A stretch of 39,279 bases of DNA from an archaeon (GTDB lineage: Archaea > Iainarchaeota > Iainarchaeia > Iainarchaeales > 1-14-0-10-31-34): contig JBDRIL010000030.1 of assembly GCA_043815885.1 (NCBI GenBank), positions 1 to 39,279 of the forward strand, read 5' to 3'. The position numbers and the translations under genes were made by a program. The notes below the pieces were generated by a model that ran no database searches, was not told the DNA's origin, and was given only the letters and a program-made list of their open reading frames with translations. Shown here one piece after another: positions 36,944 through 39,279 of the stretch (position 1 is its first letter; each line of letters begins with the position of its first letter).

Positions 36944-37429
36944 TTAATTCACTTCCTTGTTTATTTCTTTTGCTGGAACGCCTCCAAAAATCTTATTTGC
37001 TGGAATGTCTTTATTAATTAAACTCATTGCACTCACAGTGGAGTTATCTCCAATGCTTACTCCTGGAAGAATAGTGGAATTAGTTCCAATCAATGCATTC
37101 CTTCCAATAATTACTTCTCCAATCCTTACTTCCTTAATCAGGAATTCATGGCACAAAACAGTCGCATTATATCCAATAATTGAGTTTTCCTTTATTGTAA
37201 TTAATTCCGGAAAGAAAATGTCAAACATTGCCATTAACCCAATAGAGACATTCTTTTCAATCTTCATTCCTGTAAGCCTTAAAAGAAATCTCTTTAAGGA
37301 AAGAGATGGAACAATTCTACTAAAGTAAATCACTATGAAATTAAATATTACAATTAATGGATTCTTTACCTTATACCATTTCAGCAGAGAATTTGTAGCA
37401 TTAACCTTAATTGTTCTGATATTTCGCAT
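36944..37429 (-). CDS. Hexapeptide-repeat acyltransferase (YvoF-like)
   Basis: FPELITIKENSIIGYNATVLCHEF..IGTNSTILPGVSIGD..GGVPAK left-handed beta-helix. Confidence 0.88.
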   Translation of the reverse strand: MRNIRTIKVNATNSLLKWYKVKNPLIVIFNFIVIYFSRIVPSLSLKRFLLRLTGMKIEKNVSIGLMAMFDIFFPELITIKENSIIGYNATVLCHEFLIKEVRIGEVIIGRNALIGTNSTILPGVSIGDNSTVSAMSLINKDIPANKIFGGVPAKEINKEVN

Positions 37430-37450
37430 AGCATGAAATCCTTTCTTCAA

Positions 37451-37669
37451 TTACTCTTTTGGTGTTTCACAGTAAGGAAGTTCTGGTGATTCCCTCAATA
37501 ATTCCAGTATTGTTTCAGAGCGAGTCTTTGAAGGAAGTTTTGTTGAGGTTTTCATTGGAAGAAACTTCTTCACTTTCTTCATTGTTTTTTTCTTTACAGG
37601 CTTTTTTCTTTTAATTTTTTTTGCAGGCTTCTTCTTTTCCTTCTTTTTTGCTTTCTTCTTTTTCGGCAT
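37451..37669 (-). CDS. Small Lys-rich protein (22 Lys in the first 35 aa)
   Basis: GGAGGT SD at 37677-37682; fills the operon gap exactly. Confidence 0.7.
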   Translation of the reverse strand: MPKKKKAKKKEKKKPAKKIKRKKPVKKKTMKKVKKFLPMKTSTKLPSKTRSETILELLRESPELPYCETPKE

Positions 37670-37686
37670 TCTTTTTACCTCCTTTT

Positions 37687-38061
37687 TTAAGCTATAACCA
37701 TTTTCTTTAAATCAATCAATCTAATCTTTATTTCAGCTTCTCCCTGGACAATTCCCCTAAGAAGCATTCCACTAATACTTCTTCTTCCTGCCTTTGCAAG
37801 AGAAACCTTTAATTCAGTAATATGCTTTCCCTGCCTTTTATACATTCTTCCAGAGACAGCAATTAATTCATGAGGGCCATGCATTACCTTGTTTTCCACT
37901 TTTCCCGCCCCTCTCATCTCGCTTAATTCAAAATTCTTTAATACTCCTTCGCCTCCAACAAACAATGCATCCTTTACGTCATTGTTTTGGGCGAACTCCA
38001 TTAATTTCTCCAATACCTCATCTCCGCCCATCAAATTCAAAGTAAACTCTTTCCCACTCAT
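37687..38061 (-). CDS. PPC/DUF296-domain protein
   Basis: L..GDEVLE.L..FA......GEG.L...GPHELIAVSG..SISGML pattern. Start ATG 38061 with GGTGA SD. Confidence 0.75.
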   Translation of the reverse strand: MSGKEFTLNLMGGDEVLEKLMEFAQNNDVKDALFVGGEGVLKNFELSEMRGAGKVENKVMHGPHELIAVSGRMYKRQGKHITELKVSLAKAGRRSISGMLLRGIVQGEAEIKIRLIDLKKMVIA

Positions 38062-38130
38062 TCCATCACCACTCTGCAACTAAAACAATATAAAATAAGG
38101 GGTAAAGAAATTTAAATTAATGCAAAGGAA

Positions 38131-38493
38131 TCAGCATTCAATTATTCTTGAGTACTTGTGGGAAGAAGGCAGCTTGAAATTCATTCCAAGAATGTTTCTG
38201 GTTCTTTCGTCTCCTTCGGTTTCAGTGGGTTCGTAGAAGGCGGGGTTCCGGATTTCATGCATTTCCTGTTTTTGTTCCTTTTTTTCTTTTTTTCCGAAAG
38301 GCCTTTCCTTCAGGAACTTCAGTAATACCTCGTTTCCCTCTATTACTTGAACGCCGTGATAACCGCATTTCTCGCAGAAATGCACTTCACCATAATCCGG
38401 AGTCATTAGAATGTTTCCTTCCCTGTAAATCTGGTGGCCGTGCCTGATGCGGACAGAAGTAGAATAACATTTTGGGCAAATCTTTTTAATCAT
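38131..38493 (-). CDS. Zinc-ribbon protein
   Basis: CPKCYS..CEKCGYHG motif. Confidence 0.75.
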   Translation of the reverse strand: MIKKICPKCYSTSVRIRHGHQIYREGNILMTPDYGEVHFCEKCGYHGVQVIEGNEVLLKFLKERPFGKKEKKEQKQEMHEIRNPAFYEPTETEGDERTRNILGMNFKLPSSHKYSRIIEC

Positions 38494-38659
38494 CCTTAAC
38501 CAAGTAAAACTAAAGAATTAAATTATATATAACCTTTTGGGGTTTGAAAAACAAATCGCTTCAGAGAAAAAAACAGGGAAAATTGATTTATTCAATTCAA
38601 TTACCTCCATTCAATTCAATTAAAAGTAAAACAATCCACCCTCCAAGTATAAAAAGCTA

Positions 38660-38690
38660 TGGTCGAGAAAGTCCAAGACTCGCTCGACCA
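38660..38690. repeat. GC-rich hairpin in a 295-bp intergenic region
   Basis: TGGTCGAG-aa-AGTC-caa-GACT-cg-CTCGACCA. Confidence 0.75.
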
Positions 38691-38788
38691 AAGAATTAAA
38701 AAGAAGAGACGTGATAAGAAAACAAATACAAAAAGCAATTGAAGAAATAAAAAGAGTAAAATTAAGTGAAAGGAAAAATAATTTTTTT

Positions 38789-39145
38789 TTATCCTAGTTT
38801 AGTTCTTAATTCAATGACAAATATTTGCTCGAATTTAAGAAGAAACCAAGTAATAGAAATAAAGGCAATTACTAATGCGCTATGCTCAATCAACAAGTAA
38901 AAGAAATTCTCATGAGAAACCATTTCAATAACAACAAAAAACGATATTGCCTCCAATAAATGAATTACGGCAAGAGGCAATAAACCAACCACAATAAAAT
39001 TAAGAGACCTAATTAATTCATTACGTGACTTCAAGCCAATAACATTACTATACTCTCTAGACCTAATCCTCCACAAAACAAACAAAGGCAAAAAAATAAA
39101 AACAAAAGCAATAAAATGAACCAAAAACTCCAATACCTCAATCAT
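38789..39145 (-). CDS. Hypothetical 3-TM membrane protein with intramembrane His/Glu
   Basis: 118 aa, three hydrophobic helices containing VHF, IHLLE and IEH. Confidence 0.75.
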   Translation of the reverse strand: MIEVLEFLVHFIAFVFIFLPLFVLWRIRSREYSNVIGLKSRNELIRSLNFIVVGLLPLAVIHLLEAISFFVVIEMVSHENFFYLLIEHSALVIAFISITWFLLKFEQIFVIELRTKLG

Positions 39146-39279
39146 AATACATTAAATTACAATTAAACCCATATATATTAATTCCCTTTTTTTACACGAA
39201 AAATTCATTCCAAAAAAAAAAGAGAAAGAAAAAAAATGAAACACCTGTGTTAACTATAGGTACGGGGAAAGGAGTTAAA

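Noticed and set aside
38660..38690. Hairpin as an archaeal SECIS element
   Set aside because: The internal loop does not match the GAA/A plus GC-stem consensus, and no neighbouring gene has an in-frame TGA at a Cys-equivalent site.
38659..38742. 27-aa plus-strand ORF MVEKVQDSLDQRIKKKRRDKKTNTKSN
   Set aside because: No SD, the nearest TATA-like box is too close, and the composition simply mirrors the minus-strand T-tract.
39240..39279. Short dyad CCTGTGTTAACTATAGG and GC-richer edge as an RNA gene end
   Set aside because: Truncated by the window edge, with no recognisable tRNA or rRNA features.

Overview
AT-rich archaeal chromosomal segment, most likely from a DPANN lineage such as Ca. Iainarchaeota/Diapherotrites. 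This is an inference from TFB, eL33/L35Ae, Dph5, Trm5 and Cdc6 occurring together with bacterial-type Adk, class II Fba and FolC. About 50 densely packed CDSs are present. They cover transcription and translation (tfb, rpl35ae, dph5, trm5, HPF-like), DNA metabolism (rnhB, scpB, nth, nfo, a short cdc6), cofactor and nucleotide metabolism (pdxST, folC, double-domain thyX, tmk, purSLQ, adk), Fe-S assembly (PadR-iscS-iscU), a split pyruvate:ferredoxin oxidoreductase and two toxin-antitoxin modules. No tRNA, rRNA, CRISPR array or transposase was seen. The most notable observations are: (1) a 368-aa LAGLIDADG intein at the TPP-binding motif of PorB; (2) a 63-bp direct repeat that copies the last codons of pfkB plus the promoter and ATG, bracketing a lipoprotein gene like a cassette; (3) that lipoprotein carries a detached AglB/STT3-like C-terminal domain with WWDYG changed to WWEEG; (4) several small Lys-rich ORFs (15, 46 and 72 aa, the first two unannotated) and basic orphan proteins, two of which share the motif PAKKIKRKK; (5) a convergent RHH/PIN pair; (6) double-hairpin quasi-palindromic intergenic elements. 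All family assignments come from motif recognition by eye; no database search was run.
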